A DNA stretch of 64,000 nt from contig NMRA01001017.1 of assembly GCA_002633005.1 (NCBI GenBank), positions 1 through 64,000 of the forward strand, written 5' to 3'. This document shows positions 12,545 through 24,864 of this stretch, piece by piece; the first letter of the stretch is position 1; each line of letters starts with the position of its first letter. Position numbers and translations under genes: made by a program. The stretch is from Phoronis australis (lineage: Eukaryota; Animalia; Phoronida). The notes under the pieces are model-generated. The model had not been told where the DNA came from and did not search any database. It worked only from the letters and a program-made list of their open reading frames with translations.

Positions 12545-12545
12545 A
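11775..12545 (-). mobile_element. Dispersed ~700-bp repeat (HINE-like), copy 1
   Basis: Reverse-complement homolog of 36000-36600 and 60625-61320. Carries a terminal hairpin GCAAAGCTGTA..TACAGCTTTGC and a (GGCT)n tract at 12512-12544. Confidence 0.75.
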
Positions 12546-14132
12546 GGATTTGTCCAAACACTTGGCTCGCATTTTGGAATTTTTGAGGTGTGACCTGCAG
12601 CTAATTTTTATTTCTAGTCCTGATCAGATTATGGTCAGCTTACGTGACTTTCCAAATAAATGAGGATTTAGTCAATGCACCCAGGACCCTGACATTTAGA
12701 ATTTTTAGCTCATAACACAAATCTGACTGCGCTGGAGGCCGAAATGAGACTATAGAGCAGTTGCACCAAACTCTAAATTAGGTTTCATTTGTCATGTTCC
12801 ACTCTTGGTATAAACTTGATCCATCAAAATGTATAGTTATTCTGTTCCTGTTTGGTTCAGGCAGATTGTCTAATCCAAATATCATTACCAACTTGGTCCA
12901 GCGTACCGCGTCCATGTGTACTTTAATTTTCAATTGATTTGTACACGATTGGATAATCACGGTAGTTGGTAGTCTAGTCCGCAGAATCCTTCAATATACA
13001 GCAACATTTCTTTTGTGTCATGTCTAGAATTTCTAGGTTACACTGGTCAGGGCTCACATTCTCCCAGCCCTCAGATGACTTTATGCTGCCTATCTGCACA
13101 ACCTTTGTATTGATGTAGATCTGAGCAAGTGAAGTGGAAAGGTTAAATAGCACTAGGCTTAGGGTCTCAACAATTGTGGTTGTTATTACACCCAAATTGG
13201 TAGGAGAGTAGTTTTAACTTGGTACATTTGAAATATTACCAAATGACTAAAAAAGTTAATTTGTGTTTATCTTGACAAAGGGACACTTCCCAAAGGAACA
13301 ATGGTTTCAAAATGTTTCAAAGCGGTTTTCGAATTTTTCATTTTTGTTTACTAATTGCTTTTTCTTTCCGGGACTGGTATTTTTATGTCATTTTTGAACT
13401 TGAAGTATCAAAAACAGTGGTATATTTTGATGGCCAGTGAAATTTAATTAGTTTAGTTAATTGTGAACCCATCCCTGAACTTTCCATATTACAGATTCTC
13501 TAACCATTTCACGACAAACAAAATTACACGTGACGTCATTAGTTCTTAAGTTTAATCTCTATTAGAACTCAAATCATAAAATGTATACAAAAGAGCAAAT
13601 ATGGTGATAGCCAAACTGAGGATTTGGAATCTCTAGACAATTTCGGTTGAACTGCATGACTCTGTAAGTGTTCTATCTTTTTGTCAGTCTTAAAAATGAA
13701 GAGTGGGTACAAGTTAAGTACAACTGCTCTCTACTCAAAGATCTGATAAACGAGATTCAAAGAATATTAAAAGAAGGCTAATGCGATGTTGTTAACTCTG
13801 ATGAGCGTGTGCAAATCCACAGAGTGTATCATTACGCATGGTCGTTTATTTTCAATCGTACCCAATGTTTGTAGTTTTTAGCTTATTAGTTCATTGATTT
13901 TTAAAAACTGAAAACCATACTTGGTTGTTTTTTCTAGCTGAATACTGCCGTGATGTTCATTTTTAAGGAAATTAGTGGTTAATGCATTGTGAAAATTTTC
14001 CAGTATATGTACAGGCTGAGATGTTTACTACAGTTTGTGTTCTGGTAATTACAATACAAGTAATTGGGTCTTGTTGGTACACGACAATGCATCATCACAA
14101 CTGTATCTGACTCCAGCACTGCACTCTCTTTA

Positions 14133-14642
14133 GGGCCTTTCATACTAACGTCGACGCGTCGATGGTTTGGGGAGTTGCGGTCAGTATGACCGCTTAACTC
14201 CAGTCCTGTATCGCAGTTAACAGCTCCAGTTAACATCGCAGTTAACAGGTGGATTTAATAGCGCAGCGTCGACACTGCGGTGCCGTATAAACGGTTAACT
14301 TCGGTCCAATCGAAGTTATCGCCAGGTGCCACTGTTATCGTCAACTGTTACAGGCTAGTGTCGTCTCTATAGCTGCTTATATTTTGCTCTTACAACAACC
14401 AATCGATTTAATAATAGGTTTAATGACATTTAGCACATGTAAATGTTCCCAAATTGTCACATTGAAAAAAATCTTAGCGTGCAGCGCTACCTAATTGCGA
14501 TAACTTCGATTACGACGTCACCAACTGTTTACTTCGATGTACTTCATTAAAACTTTCGAAGCCAGTATGAACGGTCCATTTAACTGTGCTGTTTATGTCC
14601 ACGCTCTGCTCAGACCGGAGTTAAGTCCATATGAAAGGGCCT
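14133..14642. mobile_element. PIF/Harbinger-like MITE (~510 bp)
   Basis: TIRs GGGCCTTTCATA / TATGAAAGGGCC with 3-bp flanks TTA/TTT, and repeated internal AGTTAAC-type motifs. Confidence 0.7.
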
Positions 14643-17339
14643 TTTGATCCTGGTAAAAGCCGCTCTGAAGAACAATCATGTGGAGCAGGGCAATAACCTG
14701 TTAACAATGGTTGCAGGATGATAAAATACTGTCTGAAATCTACAAGTGAGCCTTTTTCAAATAGTTAATTCATCAGGATGGTAAATAACATTGACACAGT
14801 CAGCACTGTAGAATACATCAGGAAAAGCAGTTGAAAATTTCTGCTGGTATTTAACGCTTTTTTTATGGAAAAAAAGTTGTCCTTTGTCAACTATCATTGA
14901 GACTAATTTGGTACAGATCGACATCTTTGAGGGCAGTGTTCCGAAGTACTAATTTCCGGGTGTCAGCGGCATACAAATTCCCCACAGTATCAAATATACA
15001 TGTTCATGGATTATGTACGTAATTATTCCCGTCAAGTTTTAGCTTTCCGTTGATACTTCAGATAATGGTTTTATTCTATAGAGCAAGTATATTGAGAGAA
15101 AGGCAAAAGTGAAAACATGATGCATCATGATTTGCACAATCTTCAAGTTTTTATTTTTACAATAACGTAACCAAGTTAGGTTTCATTACAGTGTATTTCG
15201 GCTGTAAGCTTTACAGGTTACGTTACTGTTCATTATGTTCTATTCCAGCTATTCAAGTAGTCAATGCAGCTTGCTGTCAGCAGTCATGATGGAAAATTCG
15301 ACCTCAGTGCCCTGTGTCATCATAATGGCATAATTCCGTGTAGGACAGTGTGGGCATTCATAGTGAAGGTGTGTCCAGGCTGTGTTCATCTGTCAAAAGG
15401 TATCAAAGTTGTGTTCATCTGCAGTACTTTTGTATATGAAGGGATCGGCATAACGAGCTGCAGGTCGCATTTGCTACCTGAAATTTGGAAATGCGAGCTG
15501 ATATCGCACTGCGGCACTGCAGGTCGGTCCCGTTGTTAGCGTGCAAGCGGTCCCGGCAAGACAATCATGACAATCATGTGCACCTCGTTTTTATTCCATA
15601 AGACAGCCCAAGTGAAAATGACAACCTATTAATCCCCAAACGATGATCACATCTTTACTTTCAGTTGCCAAGAAATTCTCAAACCCCATTACTTGTTTCT
15701 CAGTGGGGCTACGTGTGCGAAATATGATTTGTCTTTCACACATTGTTGCCAACGTAAAGTGTAGGCCTATTCCAGCGATTCAAGTGCGTGAACTCACGCG
15801 TGCGCAACGTTTTGAAGCTGTACATCAAAAGAGAACAGCGGCAGTCCTAAATGAAAGAGTATACCGGCTTGGCTCTGTCAAGCACTGGGTGCCAATGGTT
15901 TATTTGAAAATGAACTCATAGATTTCCGGCGGTTACGATGCTTTACGATATTCCCCGGGACAGATGTAACCCAGAACTGATATTTTCCGGTTCGGATGTT
16001 TCTCGAGGTCGATGTTCTCTAAACCCTATATTCTATGCCCGTAGCCAGCTATTGCAACTAAACGGGTACTAGATGCGAAATTGTGTTTAGCGAACTTTTT
16101 ATTCTTCTCTTCATACACCTCCCCCCGCCCCCTCCCGGGCAACTTTTCGTTCCCCTGACCACCGCCTCCGCAAAAATGTTCAGACTCCAATAGAAACAAT
16201 CATGTTCCAGCTGAAGCGGGCAATTAAAAACAAAATTATTCCTTGTGTCTAAAAAGGGTACAGTGTAGGTGGTAACGATATGCAGAAAGTCACCCCTACT
16301 AGATGGAGTTTGCCTCGCAAAGCGGCATTATTATGACGTTTCATTGTAGTCTTTTAATATCTTATTACCGCAAACACTCAGGTTAACGACTATGCTAACG
16401 CACAAGCCTACTCCCTACCTTTGAAGTGTTTCACAATAAGCGCTCACTGACCTACTAAGCGTTCCCCCTCAACTTTTGAGAATTTCCAATTAAGCGCCCA
16501 CTGTTTAGGCTAGCGCCCATCATATCGCACTACAAACGACCTCGCGTGGTTTAAAATTGACTCGCAGCCTATATGGTGTGTCACTCTCATTTTACACAAC
16601 AAATTCCGTTTTCAAAAAACGTCTTTTCTCAATATGTAAAAACCAAATCCCAGCTTTGTTTTATACCTCCGAAAGAAAGTTAACACTAGTGACATGCGTG
16701 TCGTTTTGTGACTGACCTATTTTCCCCGTACCTGGAAGGTATTGAGCAAACTTGCCATTACCAGATGGAAACTCGCACGGAGGGAGTCGGGAATTATTTG
16801 GAGGCTATTCACTTCATGGAAAACTAATTGTTGAGTACGTAAACAGCATAAGTACCACATTTTTGTTGTGAAATTTGCACTGAATTGTTTATTCGGTTAA
16901 AGCATCGTTTCACGGATTTTTTTCGACAGACGTTTTTCAAACATGAGTTAAGTTGCAAAATGTGGGCTGCGAACAAAAAGTGGAGGGAATTTGCCCTCGG
17001 AGTTAGTTCGAATCTTTAACGACTTTGATGCCAGCCAGTAGCAGGTCAGACCTAGCAAAATCCCGGATACTTTTTCAACGGGCATTTTCTCCCTTTTCAA
17101 ATCGCAAACTTAGCTACTCGAATGCACGTGTCAGTTAGAGAGCACTAATTCAACTTTCACGTCGGGAACTTGACTTGCGCTCTAGAGACTTTCAATGGCG
17201 GTCGTGTAGAACAGTAACGCCGTACCTGCATGAACGAAGTCAGTTTTGGGATCTGAAATTTGTGAGTATTTAACGCGGCAGGAAAGAGCATAATCTAAAC
17301 ATTTTCTCGATGATCTAAAATCAATTTTGGCGCGTAAAA

Positions 17340-17459
17340 ATGGCGGGAAAATTTTGCGACCTGGCATTTATGAATGCGAGCTGGATTTTGGAAATGCGAC
17401 CTGGGATTCTTGCTAGGTCGCAAAATGCGACCTGGCGATTTTAATAGCGTCGAGCCCTG
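17340..17459 (-). mobile_element. hAT-like transposon end
   Basis: The minus strand begins CAGGGCTCGAC, with repeated subterminal TGCGACCTGG motifs. Related motifs occur at ~15460-15500 and ~17040. No partner end or TSD was found. Confidence 0.45.
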
Positions 17460-18272
17460 ATATCAGTGCCAAAGTAGCAAAATGTCTCACCATAGCACAA
17501 TGACTTAATTGTCCTTGCTTTTCCATGGCTACGAAGCATGTTGAACTTAGATCTGGGAGTATTGCTCATTATTATAAGTTGCTTTATACTTTTAAAGAAG
17601 CCAAGAATGGTACGATGACACTTGGCTTACCTCAAAATCCAACTGCTGCCTTATGGTTTGGTAATTGGCCCAATTATGTGGCACACTCAGCAGAATTATT
17701 GAGAATCAACATCAGTGAAAAATGTTTTAGGTTGTAAATATGTCACATTGCTTGTCCGATTTTCACAGTTCAAAAACCTAATCGCCTGTATTTTTCAAAA
17801 TGTATACAATTTTAAAATACCATTGTTGCTCTCAGTGTGTTTATCATGGCTCTGAGTATCTAGACTAATGACAATGTCACCAGCCCGATAGACGCGATGA
17901 ATTAACTACAACAGCATGGCTATATCTTTGATCAATGTAGCAGATATACTCAGAGGTTTGCAAACCCGTCATGTTGCCCAATCTCAACCAGTGAGGGGTT
18001 GTGAATGTAGGATTCTCATGAAACAGGCACCTGTTAAGGAGCTAGCTTATGTACTTATGATAATTCAGTTGAGCAATGTAGCCATGCAAGATAATGTGAG
18101 TTCTTGCTTCATGGGCTTGACATATAATTGTGTGGTAAATTGGTGAGATTTTGTTGCATTCTATTCATTGATTGGATTTCTACGGGTAGACTGTCATGGG
18201 GTTCTCGGTGACTTAACTGACTCTGTATGCTTCTGTAAGTAGGGTATCATATACTTATTTTTTTTTCAGAAA

Positions 18273-20225
18273 ATGGCTCACTGTAAGGATGATGAAAACT
18301 TCCAACGGATACTGGAGTGTCCTATATGTCTGGAACGTATCACAGATCCACGTTGTTTGCCGTGCCTTCACTCATTCTGTGAGAAGTGCATCAGACAACA
18401 CATGGATGAGAATCAAGAAGATGGTTCCTTCCTGTGTCCAATGTGTAACCTGAAATTCCAGGTACCAACAAATGGCGTCACAGAGTTCAGACGTAATCTT
18501 TATCTCACACAGGTTAGTGAGCTTTTTCCGGAGGTAAAAGAGGTCAAATGCGACGTTTGTAAATTAAAAAATGTTGACAACCCAGCGACATCCATGTGTA
18601 TTCAGTGCCAAGATCATCTATGTCAGGAATGTGGGAGTGGCCACTGCTTGTCAAAATTCACTCACAGTCACAAAGTGGTGGGTTTGAAGGATATCAAAAA
18701 TGGTCAACACTTTGAGGAAATGCGTCGATTTCAAAAAGTCCACTGCCCGATACACCCGGAAAAGTTCATGGAGGTTTACTGCGAAAACTGCGAAAAACCT
18801 CTTTGCCATCTGTGTGCGATGTTTGATCATGATGATCATAAAAAAACAGGAATTGAAGAAGCAGCTAAAAAGGCCGATGGCGTGTTACGGGAATTACTGG
18901 ACACTTGGAAAATGGCTTCAGACCATTCTGCGATACTGTCTGTGGAACGGAAGAAAGTATTGGACAAGTTTGATGATGAAGAAGAACGTTTGACAGGTAA
19001 AATACAACAGACGTATCAAACATTCAAAGAGGATATCAATCGGGAAATTGACTTGAAGATGAACGACGCAGTTGAGGAACTGAAAGGTGAAATCGCAAGT
19101 GCCCGCAAGCAGGCGGAGGTGTCTTACAATGAAGCTGAAAATCGCAATTTAAGCATAATCAGCACTATGAAGTATTACCAAGGAATTATTGATTCAGCAC
19201 AAGATGCTGAAAAACTACAGAAGTTTCAGGACTCAAAAACCCGTCTTGAGAGTCTGGACATTCGAAAGTTGGAAAACGAAGTTACTTCTTATGATTTTGA
19301 ATTATATTCTGGCGCTTTGGTTATTCCTAATTTGAAGATGCCGTCTGTGACCAGTGCTGTTAAGGAGCGTGTGAAATCAAGTGTTCCGGAAAGTACCTGG
19401 CTGCCTGACATAAAAGCTAAACCAATGGTTGTGTTTTGTTTGAGTGAAAAAATTGTTGGTGGGTGTTATGGACTGGCAGTACATGGTGATTGGTTAATTA
19501 CTGCTCGTGGTTTTCTTGGGACTAACATCCCCAATGTTAAAGTGTTTGACAAATCTACTGGTAGCTTTTTGTTTGAGATGGACCAAGGTAAGCACAAACT
19601 GCAGACCCCAGTTGGTGTGGCATGTAGTAATGATGGTGATATATTTGTTATGGATAAGGGTATTGGCGGTGTGGTGAGGTACAATAGTGAGGGTCAGGTC
19701 TTGAAGGTTACACCTAACTTGTGTAGTGGTAACAGTGGTATAACATGTCGACAGAAACAGCTGATTGTGACTGATTGTGGTGGTGGACGTGTCCTTGTGA
19801 CTGACTTTGACTGTAATGTTAGAAAAGTCATCGCTAAGGAGTCATTGGGATTGAGTGCATTCAGTCCACGGTACGTGTGTGTGAATGCTAAAGGACATCT
19901 GGTGGTGAGTGATGAGGGTCAAGGTCGTGTACTTGTTATTAATCCCAATGTGCCAACCATCATTAAAACATTCACTGACCAACTGAGTAAACATACCTTT
20001 GGTGTGTGTATTGATAAGTGGGGACACCTTCTTGTTGCTGACTATGATAAAAACCAGGTAGTGTTATTCCCAGATGTGTCAGATCAAACCCCGCGAATTC
20101 TCATCCCCAGTGCTGAAATCCAGGGTCCCGCTGCCCTTGCAGTCACTGGTCCTGGAGAAGTGGCTGTGTCACAGTGTCCTCATTATTTCGCTAGGGTGAA
20201 AGTGTTCAAGTATGCAGATGTATGA
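18273..20225 (+). CDS. TRIM E3 ligase (RING, B-box1, B-box2, coiled coil, NHL-type beta-propeller; TRIM56/TRIM2-like), 650 aa, single coding exon
   Basis: C3HC4 RING CPIC..CLHSFCEKC..CPMC; B-boxes CDVC..CIQC..CQEC..H and CPIH..YCENC..CHLC..H; a helical region; NHL-like repeats PVGVACSNDGDIFVMD, PRYVCVNAKGHLVVSD and FGVCIDKWGHLLVAD. A splice acceptor (T-tract + CAG) lies 3 nt before the ATG, implying an upstream non-coding exon. Confidence 0.95.
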   Translation: MAHCKDDENFQRILECPICLERITDPRCLPCLHSFCEKCIRQHMDENQEDGSFLCPMCNLKFQVPTNGVTEFRRNLYLTQVSELFPEVKEVKCDVCKLKNVDNPATSMCIQCQDHLCQECGSGHCLSKFTHSHKVVGLKDIKNGQHFEEMRRFQKVHCPIHPEKFMEVYCENCEKPLCHLCAMFDHDDHKKTGIEEAAKKADGVLRELLDTWKMASDHSAILSVERKKVLDKFDDEEERLTGKIQQTYQTFKEDINREIDLKMNDAVEELKGEIASARKQAEVSYNEAENRNLSIISTMKYYQGIIDSAQDAEKLQKFQDSKTRLESLDIRKLENEVTSYDFELYSGALVIPNLKMPSVTSAVKERVKSSVPESTWLPDIKAKPMVVFCLSEKIVGGCYGLAVHGDWLITARGFLGTNIPNVKVFDKSTGSFLFEMDQGKHKLQTPVGVACSNDGDIFVMDKGIGGVVRYNSEGQVLKVTPNLCSGNSGITCRQKQLIVTDCGGGRVLVTDFDCNVRKVIAKESLGLSAFSPRYVCVNAKGHLVVSDEGQGRVLVINPNVPTIIKTFTDQLSKHTFGVCIDKWGHLLVADYDKNQVVLFPDVSDQTPRILIPSAEIQGPAALAVTGPGEVAVSQCPHYFARVKVFKYADV

Positions 20226-20357
20226 CGTAATTGTCGTATGTATATGAGATTGACTGCATGGAGCTAGTAGTTACATGTATAATTAAAGCCTTGTACAACA
20301 GAAAGCTTAATGCATCTGATACAGTGTTTCTTGAGAGGCCATGCTTAAGGTCTCCAG

Positions 20358-20579
20358 CAAGCGCGCACCCAGCCTTTAATATGGAGGGCTCGAATTTCTG
20401 GCGATATGAACCTTTTGCTGACAAAAGGCAGGGGGACTAAAAAAAAAACGGCTTACCATCTTCACAGTCCGGTGCGTCTGTGCCTTTTCAGTGGACTTTT
20501 CTCTCGTTTTCTCGGACTTTTTGTTTCTCTGAGGCGAAATGGGGGGCTTGTTTGAGCCCCCGAGCCCCCCTGGCGCATG
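20358..20579. mobile_element. MITE with 5-bp TSD (hAT5-like), copy 1
   Basis: Ends CAAGCGCGCACCC...GGCGCATG, flanked by TCCAG/TCCAG. Homologous to 21340-21583 and 24687-24832. Confidence 0.75.
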
Positions 20580-21339
20580 TCCAGTGTTTTCGTGTTGTCA
20601 AATTTTTCTTAAAGGTGTTTCACATCTGCGCTTGTGCGAATTTGAGTCATCACTCCACTTTGAAAGTCGCATGTCTTGTTGAGCGACCTATAAGTTCGCA
20701 TATGGGCAAATAGAGACTCATCTGAGGGCAGATTTGAAGGTATGAAAATACCCGACATGTCCTGGAAGGTGTGGGAGCAAAGTGTTATTGGTGACCAAAC
20801 GTCAGGTGGTAATGTCGTTCTACTAGGAATGCATGAACTAGTGCTGTTATTTCGAGTTATGGTTTATCCCCAAAATTAATGACCTTGAAGTTTACCTTTT
20901 GTGGTAGGACGTCATTCTTGTTGCTATGAACATAACCCTGGAATGTCAACTCCTGCACCCGTGACCAACGCTATTCTGTTACTACAGCTTGCAAGCCTAG
21001 ACAAGCCCGATCAAGAGTCTGCTCTACTGAGTTTTCAGTGATCGAGTGTTGTAGTTACCAAATGGAGCCTGGTTTCATTGCTTCATTTTAATTTGGTCAT
21101 TTTTTGGTCATCAACTGAGATTCTTGGGATACGGTTCCAGGCGGCACCCAGTCGCCAAAGTTAGTCAACAGATCTGACAATGGTCATTCTTTGTAGGCAC
21201 CGATTTGTGGCCCTTTGGCTGCCGGGTGCCGAGAAGAGTCTGACATCTGATCTTTTCTGCTCCAGTCTTATAATCACTTTTGACTACCTATCAAACTACA
21301 TGCCTGTAGTTTGTCAACAAGACATTTTTGGATGTTAAA

Positions 21340-21583
21340 CATGCGCACACCCGGGGGGGCAGGGAGCTCAAACGTGCCCCCCCCCCGTTGGCGAATTTGG
21401 GAAAAGGATAAAAAAGTCTGAAAATGTAGAAAACGAGACAAAACTCCACTAAAAAGGCAGAAACTGCCAAAATTTGGCGAATGCACAATTCATAGCTGTG
21501 AACATAACCCGTTATTTTAGTAGTAAAAGGTACACATTTTCAAAAATTCGAGCCCCCCATTTTTTAGGCTGGCCGCGCGCACG
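21340..21583. mobile_element. MITE with 5-bp TSD (hAT5-like), copy 2
   Basis: Ends CATGCGCACACCC...GGCCGCGCGCACG, flanked by TTAAA/TTAAA. Confidence 0.75.
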
Positions 21584-24500
21584 TTAAAATCGTGTTACAT
21601 TTTTTTACGGAAAAATGACGTGGTTTTTGAGTGTCTGTTCTGAAATGATAAATGAAACGTGAAGACCATAGTGCCTGGTGTGCTTACGTAACTTACGAAA
21701 AACTACTCTTAATTTCGTAGCTTAGTGCGTGTGCCGTGCGTGTATGTGTGCATATATATTATAAATTACTATTTTCAGTTGTTCGTATAATTCATTTCTG
21801 CAATTTTTACCAGTAGCTTTTTTGTTAAATCGATTTCTGAGCAGTTATGTATTTACCTGTACCCTTGAAATAAAATTTTCAAAGACCAATATTTTGCCTT
21901 GTAACAGAATCCAATCTAATATTTTGTATTGCTGACAGCCCGCAAATATGTAATCACGCTTGTCAGTTGTCCCTGTTGGTGAACTGTTCCAGTTTTTGAA
22001 TTTTCCCGTCATTCCCACCTCACTGCCGCAGTGTCGTTTTTGACACGCGACTATTTTACATATTATCATAATTATACTATTGTAATTTCTCACGGATATA
22101 AACAAACAGGACGTTTCATGTTTTTGCTGACTTGCCATTTCCATTTGACTAAAAAGGACGCCGACAGGTTCTTAAATTGGGTGTTACGTCTCTCTTTCGA
22201 CAAAAAACGATGTAGGAATGTTTTGTGTTCTGCTGCAAAATGTTTTACCATTGCGTTTAGGCTTGGATCCAGATACCCCTTTTTATCCGTAAAACCTGAT
22301 TTTCAATCCAGTTGTACGTTTTTTCATTCTTGAATGTTGGCCATGAGAACTATGCAACAGGCATTCAACATAGAATCGATTCTGTTACGAATATTGTTAT
22401 TTACCAACAAGTCTAGAAGAGAGTAATCACTTGGAAACTCTGTTCTCAAACTATTATATTATTTACAAACGAAAATTAAATGCAGTTCGTTTTCAATTAA
22501 ATTTGGGTTACATACTTTACATAATCTTTCATTTAATGCAGTTCCCAAAAAGCTAGCGAATTTCCCCTCTAATTATGGCATAATTCCTGACCGCAACAGT
22601 GCTAACATAGACCTCAATGTAGGGGGAAGAAATCCGCAGTTTTCAACACAGTATACTGACTTGAAAGTCTTATAAAAACGTAAATTAGGCTTTGAGCAAA
22701 TCAATTCACTCCACCCCCTTTCCTCTGTTTCAAAACGTAAGCTGTCAAAGAATACAACAGATCTCGTGCACCGAGAATAAAGGTCTCTCTGACTGAAGCG
22801 CATGACTAGTAGATAGCTTGTCTGAGTTGATAGGAGGACTAGCCTGTGAAAATTCCTCAATACCTGCCCGTAATGAATTACTTAATTTTTTTTCACTGTC
22901 AAAAGACAAATCCATGCAAGCTTTACTACAGGCTGCTGTCTGAATTCTTCAGAGTTAGTAGTTAGAAATGTGATTGCTATGAGACGTCATTATAGCCAAT
23001 GCAGAGATTTTTTGAAAACCGTGGGCGAGAAGATTTAAAAATAATGCTGTGCAAATCACATTATGTTATTATATGAGCACATTGTGATATGCCATAACTT
23101 GGTTGGTTAATATACAACGTTTTGGTGTTGTACATATTCTGAGTGTGTTAAAAGAAATAAATTTCTTTGTCCGTTTCTTTGTTGTAGTTTGAGACTTGCA
23201 TGTTTTGGACTTCTCAGAATGTGGACCTCCTTGCTGAAATGCAGCCGCACGACTAAAAAATACGGGGAGACGCTTCCTACACCTTGTTTCGGCCACTTCG
23301 TCATTACCAGGGTTAATTCGTGAACTCAATATTTCCTCACGCTCTTGCTGTCTTCTTGTTTTATTTTTGGCGGCAGCGAATTAAGGGGGGCTGCCCCCCT
23401 AAATCCACCTATGTATACCGACAATACATCCGGCTAATAAATCACTTTGTTTGGATTTTATGTACATGTTAAATTGCCCGCATGTCTTACGAATTAGTAC
23501 GTAGTTGCATTTCTAAAAGAATATAAAGTAGGAATGTCGATGAATTATCAACCACGATACATCCATCAATCCCATGTCCAGATCGCGTCATCTCACAGCG
23601 CGACAGAAAAGTTTAGGGCCGCTGCGCTTCAACCTCACCCACCGGAACTACTCGCACGGCCGAGTCGAAACTAAATGTAGTTAGTAAGCTACCCTGTCCC
23701 TGCTAGTCTGCACGAAGTCTCATTCAGCCTTATTGAATTTAAAACCGCCGTTGGTCGCCGCATCCCGGTCCCATGTCCCAGATGTTGTCCCTAACTGAGT
23801 ACGAGTCTTTAGTTAGATTCAAGAATCACGATTGCCAGTGATTGGAACCGAGCTCTTTTGTGAACAATGTAAATCAAACTTTTCGGGACTTTTCAACTCT
23901 TGCACACCCTTTAAATGGCTACAAAATGGACACAAAGAACAATACCTTATTCACTTTCAGTTATGAATCATTAGTAGAAAATTAGAGTAATGAACTGTCG
24001 CAGTTCTGGTTTCGGAATTGTGAACATTCGGGGAGTGGTGAAATTTCGAAGGTAGCGAACCTTCTGAGTAGTGAACCTTCGGTCATGTATATGTAACCTT
24101 GGAAATCTCTTTTCCATCAAAATTGTTGAAATCTGCGGGGCTGTGCACCACTGACATTGCTGGACAAGAGAAAACTTTCTTCCATTGACCAAAGTTTTAA
24201 TTATGTCTAGACCTACCTAATAATGTGAACATGCGGGGATTTCTGAGTGCAAGAAAACGCGGTAGCTAAATGTCGGACTTTTGAGAAACGACAGAGTAGT
24301 CAGTGAGGTTACCGTCGGCGTGTACTGAATTTAAAAGAACGGAAACGCACACACGTGTACACGCATGCATATCAATCAACAATCAAAGTGGACACTTGAT
24401 GACCAAAATATTTGGCAATCACTTTCAATTCGAAATTTGAAAATGCCTGCACTTTATCCATACTATGCTAGAATCTTTACGTTTAAAAATATGCGCGTGG

Positions 24501-24686
24501 GGGTGCACTGCTGCAATATACTTGTGCCTTTTTATATGTTTATGCGCTAATGGTGCAAAGGCGCCGCGCAGTCCAGGAGTATCCCTGTTAATGCATCATT
24601 TCCATTTATTGGATTTTTGAGAGTAAATAGACTCAAATTGAGCCCTCGATGACTTCACTGACTTTGTATATTGTTGCACGTGGTTC

Positions 24687-24832
24687 CATGCGTGCACCCA
24701 TTGGGGGGGGGAGGGCTCGAACGAAGTGGACAAAAAGGTCCGCCTCAGAGAAACAAATAGTCCGAGAAAAGTCCCCTAAAAAGGCAGGAATTGGGCGAGC
24801 CCACCCTATATTTTAGGCTGGGTGCGCGCAAG
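24687..24832. mobile_element. MITE with 5-bp TSD (hAT5-like), copy 3
   Basis: TIRs CATGCGTGCACCCA / TGGGTGCGCGCAAG with TSD GGTTC/GGTTC. Absent at the paralogous intron position (~18240). Confidence 0.8.
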
Positions 24833-24864
24833 GGTTCCATTCCTTTACTTATCCTTTTCAGGAA

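Noticed and set aside
15250-15480. Minus-strand HYECPHCP zinc-knuckle-like peptide
   Set aside because: Surrounded by stops in all frames and no recognisable domain; at most a decayed transposon fragment.
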